This document shows positions 1-14,250 of a stretch of 64,000 bases of DNA, in pieces. Both the position numbers and the translations under genes were made by a program. Numbering within the stretch: position 1 is the stretch's first letter; each line of letters begins with the position of its first letter. The notes below the pieces were generated by a model. That model worked only from the letters and a program-made list of their open reading frames with translations. It was not told where the DNA came from and searched no databases. Origin of the DNA: the human T2T-CHM13v2.0 reference genome, Homo sapiens; NCBI RefSeq assembly GCF_009914755.1, contig NC_060926.1. One strand, given 5' to 3'.

Positions 1-136
1 ATCACAAGAGCAGCATGGGAAAAACTCGCCCCCATGATTCAATTACTTCCCACTAGGTCCCTCCCACAACACGTGGGGATTATGGGAGCTACAATTCAAG
101 ATGAGATTTGGGTGGGCACATAGCCAAACCATATCA
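1..136 (-). mobile_element. THE1/MST-type MaLR LTR, 5' part (cut by window edge)
   Basis: Reverse complement starts TGATATGGTTTGGCT...CCCAAATCTCATCTTGAATTGTAGCTCCCATAATCCCCACG. Confidence 0.85.
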
Positions 137-259
137 GACTGGCTAAATACGACATATGATATGATATATTAACATCCATTTATTGAAATATTAGGCTGTG
201 ATTTTTTTTTAATGAGTAAGTTATTCATGCACAGCGGTGGGATGCTCTCCAAGATGGAG

Positions 260-575
260 AGGCAGTGCAACATCATGGTTAAGAATCCAACTTGAGCCAG
301 GCTTCCTGGGTTTTAAGTCTGGCTTTGCTGCTTATCAACTGTGCAAAATTGGACTGTTACTCTACCTCTCTGCATCTCTGGTTTCCTCATCTGAAAAGTG
401 GGGCTTGTAATAATAACACATTGTAATACCTCCAGCTAACCCTCAGACAAGTAGGAAATAAACGGTCATGGTCATATGCCACTGGAATTTTTTAAAAATA
501 TTTTTTACACAGCATGAATGCAGTGATAACTAACTGATACAAGTGCACAGTAGTTGCTCAATAAGTATTGCTTAA
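260..575 (+). mobile_element. MIR fragments
   Basis: MIR core ggtttcctcatctgaaaagtgggg and tail tgctcaataagt. Confidence 0.6.
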
Positions 576-2317
576 TAAGGAACTGAGCAAGTCCTTTCTT
601 TATAGTGGGAAACTTCACAGGTTACCTGAAGAGCAACTCCATGTAGAGCCCAAAGAGGAAGCTCAAGGTTAATATTCAACATACAACCAAAGCACTGGGG
701 TTTTATTTATTCAGCAGGCTGGTTTTTTTTTTTTTTTTTTTGAGTACTGGCTGTGCTAGAAGCTGACACACATACAAATAGAGTAAGGATTGACCCCTGT
801 CCTCAGAGCACACACTCTCTGGAAGGACAAGATTTATAAACAATTAATTATAAGTATCGTGGCACTTGCTGTAACAAAGGTATGCAGAAAGTGTGCAAAG
901 GAGGTAACAAGCATTTCAGCCTGTGGTGGATGCAGGGTGAAGGAGGTGAAGTCATGGGAGTTGGGGTGCCCAGTGAGCGGTAAAGGGATAGAAAGCTGCA
1001 AAGGTCAGCCAAATCCAGCATGGGAAGGGCCTTGAAAGCTTGGGAAGGAATTTGAGTGATACAATTTTTTGGCAGAGGGGTGCCATGATTTTGGAAAGAT
1101 CACTTTGGTGGCAATGTGGAAGGTGCAAAAGGCGGCTATTGCAGGGCCCAGGATGTGGGGTTGCTTACATCAGACCTCCTGCTACAAGGACAGAATTGAT
1201 CGGGGACAATTTCTAGGGACAGGATTGATCTGGGGGGTATGTGGCCCCAGATGAGGAAAGAGAAGTCCAGGAGGTGGTAAAATAAGTCCTTTCTTCTAAC
1301 TCCCCTGCTAGGTAGGCACTGTACCAGTTAGGAAGGCATTTGGCTGCAGGTAACAGGAAACCTGGTTCTAGAAGTTTAATCACACAGGGGTGCCTTTTTC
1401 TCATAATAAGAAATCAGTAAATGGTGGTTGCTGACTTTGCTGTGGTAACTCGACAACTCTGAGATTCTTATGGCCTCTCCTCATGGTCTTAATGTGGTTG
1501 GTACAACTCTAAGTATCGTGTCTGTGTTTAAAAGAAAACCAAGAGGCAGAAAGGTGGAAAGAGAGGGCCATACCAGCTGCACCCTTTTGTCAGGAAACCA
1601 GTTTTACTTGACATTTGCACCCCACCCCCTGCCAGCTTCCACCTATATCTTATGGCCCTATCCTGGGTGCAAGGGGGCTGGGGAACTGAGGAACAGGCTT
1701 GTCATGCTCAGTGGAGCCTCTTTGTGGGACCAGGCCCATTTCCATTCCAAATGAATTGGGTTTGTTACAAGGAAGAAGGGGAAATAGATATTGATAGGCA
1801 GAAGCATGTCCCCAAACATGGCCAGAGATGGTGTATCTTCTGCCATAGGAACTCCTGGTGCATGGCACGAATTCAGACATCCTGCCTTCTGGACCTGACA
1901 CTATGAAGCCCCACTGTGTTTCCCCACTCCCATTCCAGGCCTCTGCCTCAGTGGGTCCCAGTTCATCCCTGTCCATCCCAGAGGGGCCCTCTGAAGTAGA
2001 TCCAGGCCCTGGGTGGGGGCAGTGGCTAGTGCTAAGCAGAGTGGGACGAGAGCACCATCACTGAGTTCCCTACTGACCGTTTCTGAGCTGAGCTGGCACA
2101 GAGGTCCTGGGAACAGAGGCTGTCTACAGCCTGGTATTCTGGTAGCACAGAAGGCTCCTGGAAAGCCATCTAACCCATCTTGCTGGTCTCTTCTTGTGGC
2201 ACATGATAGTAAGCCATGAGGACTCTTGAGGACAGATGGGAAGGTCATATGAAAACTCCTAGCAAAGTGCATTTACCGTGGAACGAGGAGGACCTGGATT
2301 CTTCCAAAATCCAACTT

Positions 2318-3030
2318 GGTGATAAGCTGAGTCATGCGTGGTAACAAATGCCCCGACAAGTATAATTGCTTAAACACGAAGATGTATTTCTTGTTCACTC
2401 TGAATGTCCATCGTCAGTTCACAGGGGCTCTGCTCCATGTCTCTCCACTCTGGGATCCAGGCTGATGGAGCAGCCACCATTTCTAACTTGCTGGTTGCTA
2501 TGAGAGAGGGAAAGAAGAGATCTGGAGGGTTTACTGTGGCATTTCCTTACTATTTATTTATTTATTTATTTTTTGAGACAGTCTCTTATTCACTCAATGG
2601 CCCAGGTTGGAGTGCAGTGACGTGATCTCAGCTCGCTGCAACATCTGTCTCTCATGTTCAAGAGATTCTCCTGCCTCAGCTTACAGAGTAGCTGGGATTA
2701 TAGGCATGCACCACCATGCCCAGCTAATTTTTGTATTTTTAGTAGAAACGGGGTTTCATCATGTTGGCAGGCTGGTCTCAAACTCCTGGCCTCAAGTGAT
2801 CCGCCCACCTCAGCCTCCCAAATTGTTGGGATCACAGGGTTGAGCCACTGTGTCCAGCCTCACTATGACATTTAAATGCCCTGATTTGGGAGAAACTCAC
2901 ATAATTTCTGCTCACAACAAATTGGCCAGGGCCAGTTTCATGGCCCTGCCCTACCACAGAGGGGCCCTGAGTGTGATCTTACCACGGGCCTGGAAGACAG
3001 AGAGTAGGGAATGCATTCATGACAACCACA
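2318..3030 (-). mobile_element. Old MLT1-type LTR interrupted by an antisense Alu (2552-2859)
   Basis: Degenerate MLT1-like text either side of a complete reverse Alu with (TTTA)n tail. Confidence 0.6.
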
Positions 3031-3712
3031 GTGACCTTGGGAAAGTTGTCTTAGTTCTCTGGGCCTCCTTTTTTTCACCTGAAAGTAGTGTTCTTAAAGC
3101 AAAGACAGAGTGGTTAAAATGGCTCTTAGAATCCCTCCAGCCACTGGAGATAGCCATTGGCTAAAAATGAACCTCAAATTAACCTCATACCCCATACAAA
3201 AATTAACTCAAAATGGATCACAAACGTAAATGGACTTTACAAAACTATAAAACTTGAAAAAGCATAAGGGCAAATCTTTGGAATCTGGGGCTGGACAAAG
3301 GGTTTTTATTCCTGATACCAAAAGCATGATCCACAAAAGAAAATTGGTTCAACATGGATCATGAATTGATAACTTGGGCCTCATTAAAAAATCCTATATG
3401 AAAAACTTCTGCTCTGCAACAGATCCTGTTAACAGGGTCAAAGACAAATTACACAAAGCTACACATATAATAAAATTGCAAAGAGCAACACACACCCAGA
3501 CACATACACACATACATGAGTGCACATATATCTGGTGAAATCCGGATACATTCTAAGGACTATACCAAGTTTCCTGGTTTTGATATGGTCCTATGGTAAT
3601 TTATCAAGACATTGGCAGAGTCTGGGTGAAGGGTGCATGGAACCTTCCTGTACATTTCCTTGCACCTTTCTATGGATCTGTAATTACTACAAAATGAGAC
3701 CAAAAGAATCCT

Positions 3713-4005
3713 GGCTGGGCACGGTGGCTCACACCTGTAATCCCAGCACTTTGGGAGGCAGAGGCGGATGGATCACTTGAGCTCAGGAGTTTGAGACCAG
3801 CCTGGACAACATAGTGAGACTTCTTTTCTGCAAAAAATACAAAAATTAGCTGAGCATAGTGGTGTGCGCCTGTCCCAGCTCATCGGGAGGCTGAAGTGGG
3901 AGGATTGCTTGAGCCTGGGAACTTGAGGCTACAGTGAGCCATAATTGTGCCACTGCACTCTAACCTAGACAACAGACTGAGACCATGTCTCAAAAAAAAA
4001 AAAAA
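3713..4005 (+). mobile_element. Alu (AluJ-like)
   Basis: GGCTGGGCACGGTGGCTCAC start, dimer, poly-A tail. Preceded by old L1M fragments at about 3150-3700. Confidence 0.9.
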
Positions 4006-5169
4006 TCCCTTCAGCCACCCATAAAGAAATCTGCTTTGGGGATCATAAGCATTCGTATATTTAAACACCTAAGTCACTCTTAGTCCTGCAACATGTTCCC
4101 GATGGGCTGAGGGGCCAGCAGATCCCATCCCCCAGAGTGTCATTGCATGGAATACATGAAGAACCACCTGAATCACTGCCACTGACATTTCTCTGGCTCT
4201 GTCACTTTTATCGTTTACACTGGTCCACAGCTTTTTATCAGAAACCCTTGGGGCCAGGAAGTTTCAAAGATGTGTATTTTTTTTTAAAGGGGAGTTAGAA
4301 AAGTTGTCTAGGGTTGTGGTGTTTATTAGGTAACTCTCCCTCCCCCAACAGGATGTGGGGCAGACCCTGTCATCAAACACATTTAATGTAATTAATATTC
4401 ACAAATGTAAGGTATAAATACTCCCAAGGAGTGAGATAAATACAGACTAAAATTATCTTGTGTCACTTCAAGTCACCAAATGAGTTCTGTTCAGGTCAGA
4501 TTTAGCCCTAGACATTACACACGTGCTCACACGCATGCACGCACGGCTGGTTTTCCGAGCTTTTGGATCTGGGAATTGCAGAGCAGAGGCTGTGCAGCAT
4601 GGCCGAATGTGCCTACCGTGACTCCTCGGGTGCCAGGCCCAGGCCTTGTCTGACCCATGGGTTGTGTGGACAAGAGGCCACTGCGCCTCAGGGTGCCAGG
4701 GATCCCAGGCTCCTGAGAGTGAGGGGCTCAGAGCTTCCCCAGCTGTCACCTTCACACCTGGCCACTTGCCCCTAGATCTGCTGGACCCTGAAACACACTC
4801 CTCCCGTTACTGGCTGGTTGTGGGTGTCGTGGTGTCACAGCCCCTGGAGAAAATCCCCCAACCCCCACCAACCTTTGTCCCCTCCAGAGAGCATGGGCAC
4901 CTTATCTGCAGCCCAGGTGGCTCCTAATCTTCTTAGACTCCAAGGTGCTGGGTCTGGCAGGAGCCAGAGACGGAGCCCAGGCCCGCCCTGGTTTTACAGA
5001 TGAGGGAACTGAGACCCAGAGAGAGTGAGTGAATTACCTAGACTCACACAGCAGGTCAGTCTGGGCACTGTACTGGATGATTCCTGGCAGGGAGAGGGGT
5101 GCTGGAGGCATGTTTAAAAATCAGGGACTGGAAGAGCCTCTCAGCCTCAGAGAAGACATCTGAAGCAGC

Positions 5170-5760
5170 CTCTGAGCCACACGGAGCACCCCCCGCCCCC
5201 ACCCCAATGAAGTGGGAGAGGTTCCCAGGCGCAGGGGGAGGAAAGGGGTCATGCAACCACGTCCTTGCCTCCCGCCACGAGTGTACCCCGAGTCACCAGG
5301 TTTGCTCAGCCGCAGCAGGGCCAGCCCCGGCGGCTGGAAGGCGGCGGCTGGGCCTGGACGTGGGTGTGGGCGCCCCCGGCCTCCCCCCGCCCCCGCAGGC
5401 GCCCCCCACCCCCCTAGCAGGCGCCCCGGTCCCTGTGTGGGCTGCTTTGACTCAGCGCCGGGAGCCGAGCTTAGGCAAACCACGCCGCACTGGACGCCAT
5501 TCAAGCTTTTACAGGCCCTCAAATTGGGGCTGGAGCCGGAGAGGAAATACTAAAATCCTGTGTACACAACTTCTGTCTGGGCGCGCCGGGGCTCTGGGAA
5601 AATCAGGCGCGGCGAGGGACACATTTGGACTGTTTAAGGGCTCCTTTTCCCTGCTCTGCTTTTAGCAGGCATCACGATGTGTCGCCTAAAACCAAGACTC
5701 CTGGGTGTGGGCGCAGGAGGGTCTGCGGAGTGTGTGAGCTGAGGCTCGGCGGGAGGAACT
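5170..5760. promoter_or_regulatory. GC/CpG-rich intergenic patch (candidate enhancer or orphan CpG island)
   Basis: Visibly elevated CpG density, C-runs and TGACTCAGC at 5448-5456. Not part of a repeat I recognise. Confidence 0.5.
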
Positions 5761-6793
5761 AAGCTTTTCTCCTGCCCCCACGTGCCAGGCACACATGCGC
5801 CCAAAGTTGGGTTCAGAAATCCCTGTGGTCCATAAACCACACACTCTGCATGGCCCAGGCCCCTTCCCCTGCAGAAAGATGCAGTTGTCAGATGCTGGAT
5901 CCTCAGAGCCTGGGCTTGGGAGTTAGGCAGGCCTGGGTGGGAACCCGGCTCCCCACTTGGCAGCACTATGACTGTACTGTGGGCAAGGGCCTCTATTTCC
6001 TCATCTGTAAAATGGGCGTGATCATGGTAAGTTACCTTGGAGGTTAAAGACATGATGTAGGTGGGGAACTAGCTCAGAGCCTGGCACATAGTAGGTGCTC
6101 CCTAAGTGGTAGCTGTTAGTATTTATATGGATTAATAGTGATAGCATCATGTTGAGCCTGGCACATGCTAAGTGCTGCCTACAAATCAATTCATTTAATC
6201 CTCACAGCAGCCCCATGGGATAATACTGTAACCCCATTTTAAGGGCAGAAACTAGGTCAATTCATTGACCTACCCAAGGTCACGAAGCTGGTGACTGGCC
6301 GGCCAGTCAACTGAACAAATGAACAGTTGAACCCAGGCCATCATTTTCATAGTGCAGATGATTTGCCACACTCTGAACTGTAACAGAGGAGGAGCTGGTG
6401 GTGGCCAGAGCTGCTGATGAGCTGTGTGTCCATGGCATCCTCAGCCTGGCACCGAGCCCCCCACACCTGGGCCTCATCCCACTGTCCCAGTTCCAGCTCT
6501 GCCAAGTGCCCTCAAGCACTTCCCACCTTGGCCCACCAAGAGCCGGAGCTGCCCCCTCCTACCTCTCGGCCTTGGCTCAGCCTCTCCCCCACCCCCAAGC
6601 TCGCTGGCTGCCTGCCTGTGCATCAGGCCACTCACTGGCCACCCCTCCGGTGGGGCTGGCTTCTCCTCTGAGCTGCAACACTTCCACCCCCAACCAGTGC
6701 CTTCAGCCTCCCTTCCTTCGACTTGGGCCACGCTGGTCTGTGATATGTTTGTTTCCCTCATTCTGGTCACTCGTCAAAACCCTACAGATCTGA

Positions 6794-7093
6794 GGCCAGA
6801 CGTAGTGGCTCATGCCTGTAATCCCAGCACTTTGGGAGGCTGAGGAGGGTGGATCACCTGAGGTCAGGAGTTCGAGACCATCATGGCCAACATGGTGAAA
6901 CCCCGTCTCTACTAAAAATACAAAAATTAGCCAGGCATGGTGGCATGCGCCGGTAGTCCCAGCTACTCAGGAGGCTGAAGCATGAGAATTGCTTGAACTG
7001 GGAGGCGGAGGTTGCAGTGAGCCGAGGTCATGCCATTGCACTCCAGCCTGGGCAACAGAGCAAGCCTCCATCTCAAAAAACAAAAACAAAAAA
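6794..7093 (+). mobile_element. Alu (AluS-like) with TSD
   Basis: Full dimer. TSD aaaccctacagatctg / aaaccctacaggtctg. Confidence 0.93.
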
Positions 7094-10000
7094 TCCCCCA
7101 AACCCTACAGGTCTGGTCTAGTCTCTTGTGCAGAGCAGGGTCTCCCATTTGTGGAAACGAATTTTCATTGGTGGTAAATATTGGGTGATTGGTGACATTG
7201 TCCTCACTGGTGACTTATATGAAGGAAAAAGAGAAGCCCCAGACAGTTTGTATAAGGAGGCAGGAGACAATGTGGGCATCACCCCGTGTTCCTGACGTCT
7301 GCTGCCAAGCACGTGGGGGTGTAACTCCTCTGCCCACCCTTCCCCCTACAACCCCCTTAATTGTTCTGTCATCAGGGCCTCCCAGGAGCCCATGCTGTCT
7401 CAGGTAATGGCAGAAACCTCAGGTAACGGCAGGTGTGTGAGCTCCTGGCTGGGCTTCCCTATACCAGCAGCCTGCAAAGGGTTTCCATTCTGGGATCAGA
7501 GGGGCTCCAGGCCTGCCCATGAGCCACATGATGCCAACCTCAGTGTGGGCCATGCCAGGCCTGAGACCACATAGTGGATCTCCCAGACCTCTGCTGGGCA
7601 GCTAGAGCTGCCATCCCACTTCCCCCAAACAGCCCAAACCCCCAGTGCCCACACCCAAGAGGCACGACAGTGTCATGGAAATAACATGGCCCTTGGAATC
7701 CAGAGATCTGGGTGTGGGTCCTGATACTGCAGTTCCATGAGGTCTTGGACAAATCACTTAACATTCCTGTGAGCCTCAGTTCCCCCATGGTGGTAATCAT
7801 GTATATTTTACTTTGGGATTGAGAGACAGGAGAGGTATGAGAGCACCTGGAACACTGTGGGAGCTGAAGTGTTGGTTTAAGTGGGAGTCACAGTTGTGGT
7901 GGGGAGCTAGACTTGAGGGGTGACAGGATGACCCAGTGAGCTGGCCCAGCAGTAAGAAGGGAGGAATTGATGATGGAAAGGCTGGCGTCCCCTGGTCTGG
8001 CCTCTGCAGGACTCGTAGTTGAGTCTCCCCACCCCTTAGAGTGGGGGTATTCCTGGCCCCAACCACTTCACACCTTTGACGCTTGGGGGAGGGATGCATA
8101 TACAGGTGGAGGCTGCTGGGAGTCTGGGGTGCCATGTGGGATACCCCAGACATCTGGCAGAGCTGCAGTGGTGCCCTATGGGTGCAGACTGGTTTGGGAC
8201 CACACGTGAGCCACCCCAGGGGCTTCCAGAAGGGCGCAGTGCCAAGGCAGCTGAGGATCACGAGTAAGGAGCCTAAGGGGGCCAGAGAACTTGGGGGCGT
8301 GTTACTTGTGTCTAAAAATTGGCAGAGCGAGGGTCAGGGCATCTGGACTGCTCCAGTGAATAAGGGAGAATGCACACTGGCCACCATCAGCTGCTGGGTA
8401 CAGCCGGGAGAGCTGGTGGACTTGGAACAGGAACAGTCTGCATGGCGTGACAGCGCCCTCTGCTGTCCAGGCTGGGCTGGCATCGATGGTACAGGAGGAG
8501 GGTGATCCTCACACCTGGCATGAGCAGAACCTCCACTTCAAGCAGCCAGGGCTCAGGAGCAGGAGGGACCCCGGTAGATGGGAAACTCATTCCCATTTTA
8601 CAAATGAGAAGACAGGCTAGGAGGAGTGTAGAAAGTTGCTCAGGGTCCCGTAGCTATTAAATGGCAGAGCCAGACTCATCCTGCAATGCCCTTCCTTCTA
8701 CCCCAGACTGAATCATTTTATGCAAAATATAACAGGACTCAGGGATGCTGGAAACAGTACCCTTCTTTATTCTATTAAAATCAAATTAGATCTGACTCCG
8801 CCTCTGGCTGGGCTGCAGAAAACTTCATTCTGACTTGCTTTTGGAGATGGGAGTGGGTGCTGCTCCTCCCTAGGCCTGTGCAAGAGCCAGGGAGTCTAAG
8901 GTGATGCCAGAAAATGGGTGTGAGGGAGTAGTGTTTAAATCTTCAGTGCGTCAGCACCACTGTGAGAGCTTCGTGTCCAAGCCTCAGGGGGTCTGTGCTG
9001 CCTCCTTGCCCAGTTTGGCAGCCTGGGCCTGAGGCCATGCCACTCGCTCCCCTGAGGCCCCCTACAGCTTGGCTATGCCATCTGAGGTCTTGCTCCCCCG
9101 CCCCCACCTCAGCAGGTACTGCTGCTCCCAGCCATGGAGTTCTCTCAAAACCTTTCTCAAACCTTTTCCTCCCCTCCCCAACCCGCAGCCTAATCCCCTT
9201 AAATTGCTCCAGATCCTAGAAAATAAAAGCAGGAAAGGAAAGGTTGGCTGAACAGGGAAGGAAAATATGTCAAGAACAAAAGACAAATGATTATCTCAGG
9301 AAAAGTTCCTGCCCCTCTAAACTCTGTGCTGGGCAGCCACACGTGCCCGTGGGAAAGTGCTGTGTCCTTGGAGTGCCCTGCACGCTGCAACTGAAGCCAA
9401 CAAGACACGGCCCAGACAGGGAGCAGGTTGGTTGAATCCATTTGCAGAAACTTGGGGCAAGGAGTTGGTTGTGACGAATGTGGCATGCCACTCCCCATCT
9501 AAAGCAGTGAAAGTTAAAAGGAGGTTATGGAAAATTGGGGAAGGGGCTAAATGCCCAGGAGCCTGGGTTGCAAAGCCAATCCTATCTGAGAAGAATGAAC
9601 TTGGGGACCCCTTATTGTCATCACAACTATAAAAATGGCCTGGCAGGTCCAACTGTGGCCCTCTGGACTCTGCAACAGCCAGATCTGCAGTCCTCAGTTT
9701 TAAATCTGTAACCAAGAGATTTGGTTAGAGATCCAAATTAGAGACCTAGTTATCCTTAGCTGTTATGTTCAGTCCACAAATCATGTTATTCTGTTTATAA
9801 ATAGGGCAAAATAAAAAGTGATCTTTAATTTTCTTTGATTAATGAGCTATTAACTCAACTTGAAGACACTAAGCTCTCTTAAAAAAAAAAAAAAAAAGCA
9901 CTCGTGGCAATGAAACTGCCAGCCCAGTGTCACCAGTTACCCAAGGGTGACACCCTCGTCCTGCTGGAGATGGTGCATCTGCTGCTTCGAGAGCCCTTTT

Positions 10001-10205
10001 CTAACCTGGGAAAGCTTGAGTTTAAACATGAAGATAGTGAAATAAGGTAAGCCTTTAGAAGCAAAACTTTCATGCTAAGTTTAGGAGTAATCTTCGTATG
10101 TTTGTTTCTTTAAAATACTGTAATAGTCTAAAGAATCTAACATTAAAGACCGACAGATTAGCCTGATGCCTCCAGTTTTAAATATGTACTAGAATTTAGA
10201 CTTGT

Positions 10206-10666
10206 CATGGAACCAATCTAAGTGTCCACCAACTGTTGATTGTATAAAGAAAATGTGGTTTGTATACCCCACGAAATACTATGCACCCATAAAAAAGAAT
10301 GAAATCATGTCCTTTGCAGCAACATGGATGGAGCAGGAGGCCCTTATCCTAAGTGAACTAACTCAGAAGCAGGAAATCAAAAACCTCATGTTCTCACTTA
10401 TAAGTAGGAGCTAAACGATGCGTACACATGGGCGTAAAGATGGAGATAATAGACACTGGGGACCCCAAAACTGGGGAGGAGGCTGGGAGGGAGGAGGAGA
10501 AGGGTTGAAGCAGGGAGAAGGGTTGAAGAATCTCCTATTGCATATAATGTTCAATATTTGGATGATGGGTACACTAGAAACCCAGTCTCCACTATTACAC
10601 ATATAATACCCATGTAACACGCGAGTACATGTACTCCCTGAATCTAAAATTAAAAAAAAATTTAAA
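10206..10666 (+). mobile_element. 5'-truncated L1 3' end (L1PB/old L1PA-like) with perfect 15-bp TSD
   Basis: L1 3' UTR text (gaaatcatgtcctttgcagcaacatggatggag) and A-tail. TSD agaatttagacttgt at 10191-10205 and 10667-10681. Confidence 0.92.
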
Positions 10667-11303
10667 AGAATTTAGACTTGTGATTTTAAGTTGCAAAGGG
10701 AAAAAAATGACCTTATTTTTCTGAATAATTATTGGAATTTCAAGGAAAACTGATGCTTCACTATTTTAATAACATTTTATTTCTTAGATTTATAAGAATT
10801 TATTATTTGAAGATATTTTGCTTGTTAAGGCAATACAATTGCTTTGTTAGGCAACTGAAGTGCTTACAAAAGAAATGTAATATATTACATTTATAATGCA
10901 GTTCAGAGTTTAAGAGAATTTAATTAATTAAATTTACAAATAATTATTAAGGAAACAGAGTCTTCAAGTTGAGTTAATAGCTCATTAATCAAAGAAAATT
11001 GAAGGTCACTGTTTTTATTTTGCCCCATTTATAAACAGAATAACAAGATTTGTAGACTGAACATAACAGCTAAGGATAACTAGTTTATTTCATTTTAATG
11101 GAACATTAATTTAAAACCCAAGCAACTGTGAGTAGCCCTTTCTGGACTGCCCTCAGACATTAAAATAAAAAACAAAACAATTCACAATGACAGATATTAA
11201 TACGAATAGCTAACGTTTGTATGGTGTTTTACACTAATGCTCTCTTCCATTACTAATGAGAAGCACTGGGAGGTTAGTAACTTGCTCGAGGCCCTGCGTC
11301 TAG

Positions 11304-11641
<338 letters not shown>

Positions 11642-12299
11642 CGGAGGCTGCTCTCTTAACCACGGTGTCGGAGGATGTTTGGGTCTTGGTTTCTAGGGTC
11701 TGCAACTGAGGTCCCTGGAGAAGGGCTAACACTTCCCTAACATACTCTAGTGAATGCTGTCTAGTCAGCACTCCCACCTGCTCAACCACTTTGGTGCTCA
11801 ACAGAAGACGTGGGCAGATCCTGGCTGCCTAGATTTGAACCCCAAAGTACGGCCACAGGTGTGTGTCCTTACAAACATGGAAATTCTGATATCCACGTGT
11901 GACCGTTTACAGATGTGAACTGTGAGAGCTATGCATTATTTTCTTCCTTGTGAAATACATTCACCATTTTCCCACACTGTCTTTCTCCCAATCGTTTACA
12001 TTTTAAAAGTTGGTGGCATTTAGCATTACAATATAGTTTTTAGGTAACAGAAAGTTCCGGTGGGACTGGTGACTGAACTAGATGAGGAATTAACGTAGCC
12101 CAGAGATGGAAGCAGTGGACTTCGTGTCGAATTTTTCGTGGAGAGGATGAGTGTGTCTTCATCTAGGCGAGTAGCGGCTGTGTCCTGCTAGGCAGAAGCG
12201 TGGGTTGTAGTCAGTGTTGTCATATGGAGGTTTAAACATGGGTGACATGGGAACTGTTTGGCGGAGTGCGCTGGGTCGTGTCTATTGTCTCTCACTCAC

Positions 12300-12648
12300 C
12301 GTCTCTGCCATCCTCTCTACTGCTGGGATTGGGAATCTGAAAATTATATTCCAACTCCGTTGTCTTTCTACCTGTTAGGTTCTGCTAACAGTGGGGAGGG
12401 GACATCTGGCAGCATCTCTCCCAAGCAGCAACGGTAGCAGTGGTGGCAGCAACAGCAGCAGCAGCTGGTGAGTATGGGCCCCTGGGTAACACCATTTTCC
12501 CTTTTGCTTCCTGTAGGTAGAAATCTGTAGGTAGTCTTCTTACAGCAATTCTGACACCTCTGTCACTCACTAATGCTTTGTGTTGAATCCTTCTGTTTAA
12601 AATGTTTGCCGTCGTTTCCACTCTGCTGATTGGACGCTGACTGATACA
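12300..12648 (+). mobile_element. Degenerate ERVL-type LTR (LTR16/LTR33-like) 3' part
   Basis: Ends in ctgactgataca, a typical ERVL LTR terminus. Subfamily uncertain. Confidence 0.45.
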
Positions 12649-12739
12649 GATCTCATTCTCTGTTTGCTTGTTGCGCTCAGCTCTTTGATTTTAAGATAGG
12701 TCCATCTTGCACTGTAGACACCAGGTTGGTTGCTTCTGA

Positions 12740-13139
<400 letters not shown>

Positions 13140-14250
13140 GATAAATATTCTTAAACGTGTTGTCTTTTTAGACCTGTGTGAGAATTCCCCAGGATAAAAG
13201 TATATACCCAGGAGTGAAATTGCTTGGTCATAGATCATAGCTATGTCATATGCTACGTACTATAAGATTACACTCCAAACTAGCCATGCTCCCCACCCAG
13301 ATAATACTACATATATTATTCTATAACTGGATTTCTTTCACTTCATATATGACAAAATTTTAAACGGTTCCAACTGGGGAAATTTAAGAAAAAAATTAAG
13401 GTGCAAACTCTAATCAACTGTGGAAACAACTGAAACTGTGTATAGGATAACAGCTTCTACAGTCAGCCTGCAAAGCCTGTCTACCACTCATTAACTGTGT
13501 GACCCTGGGGTAATAGCCTAACCTCCCTGTGCCTGCCTCAGTTTTCTCATTGGTAAAATGGATATAATAATAGTACCTACCTTATTTTAGGATGTTATTA
13601 AATAATGTACATAAAGTATTTAGACTATTCCCTGGCACATAGCAAGAACCCAATGACTGTTGGCTATTATTGTTGAACATTTAGGTAATTTCCAGTTTTT
13701 TTGCTATTTCTCAACAATGCTCCAATGACATTCAGGATTTTTTTTTTTATGGTGGTAAAAAACATATAACATCACATTTACCATGCAAGGTCAGATTCTA
13801 GAGTGACCACCTGAGTACTCACACTAGAGCTCTGGCAGCAAACACGAGCCTGGGTCTAACAACCTTTTGGCTTGGGACTCTTGGATCTCTTTAGAGTAAC
13901 AGGGTCTCTTCAGACTGCCTGTTCCAGTTGCTGCATGGTCAAGACCTGTGGCTGGAAGTCCCCTTCCGATGGTTTCCTGATTTCTGCATTGCCAATCCCC
14001 TGGCCAGGGCCAGCTTGAGCTTCTGGTGTGGGTGAGACTCCATAGTCCTAATCTCAGGTCAGGTAGGAGAATGTCTGTGCACAGTTGCATGACATGAAGG
14101 GACAGCATTGATTCAAATCCCTGCTCCGTGGCTTAGCATCTGTGTGATCTTAGGCAAGTGAGGCCACCTGTCTGAGCCTCTGTTGCCTCATCTGTAAGAT
14201 GGGAATGATACCTATTTCACTGTGTTGCTGGGAGGATTTGAGAATTGCAA

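Noticed and set aside
5099-5665. 188-aa ORF and overlapping ORFs in the GC-rich patch
   Set aside because: Pro/Ala/Gly-rich low-complexity translations open in several frames on both strands, as expected from stop-codon scarcity in GC-rich DNA. Non-ATG start and no recognisable domain.
12423-12466. CAG-like triplet run
   Set aside because: Short and interrupted, inside an LTR remnant, and non-coding.
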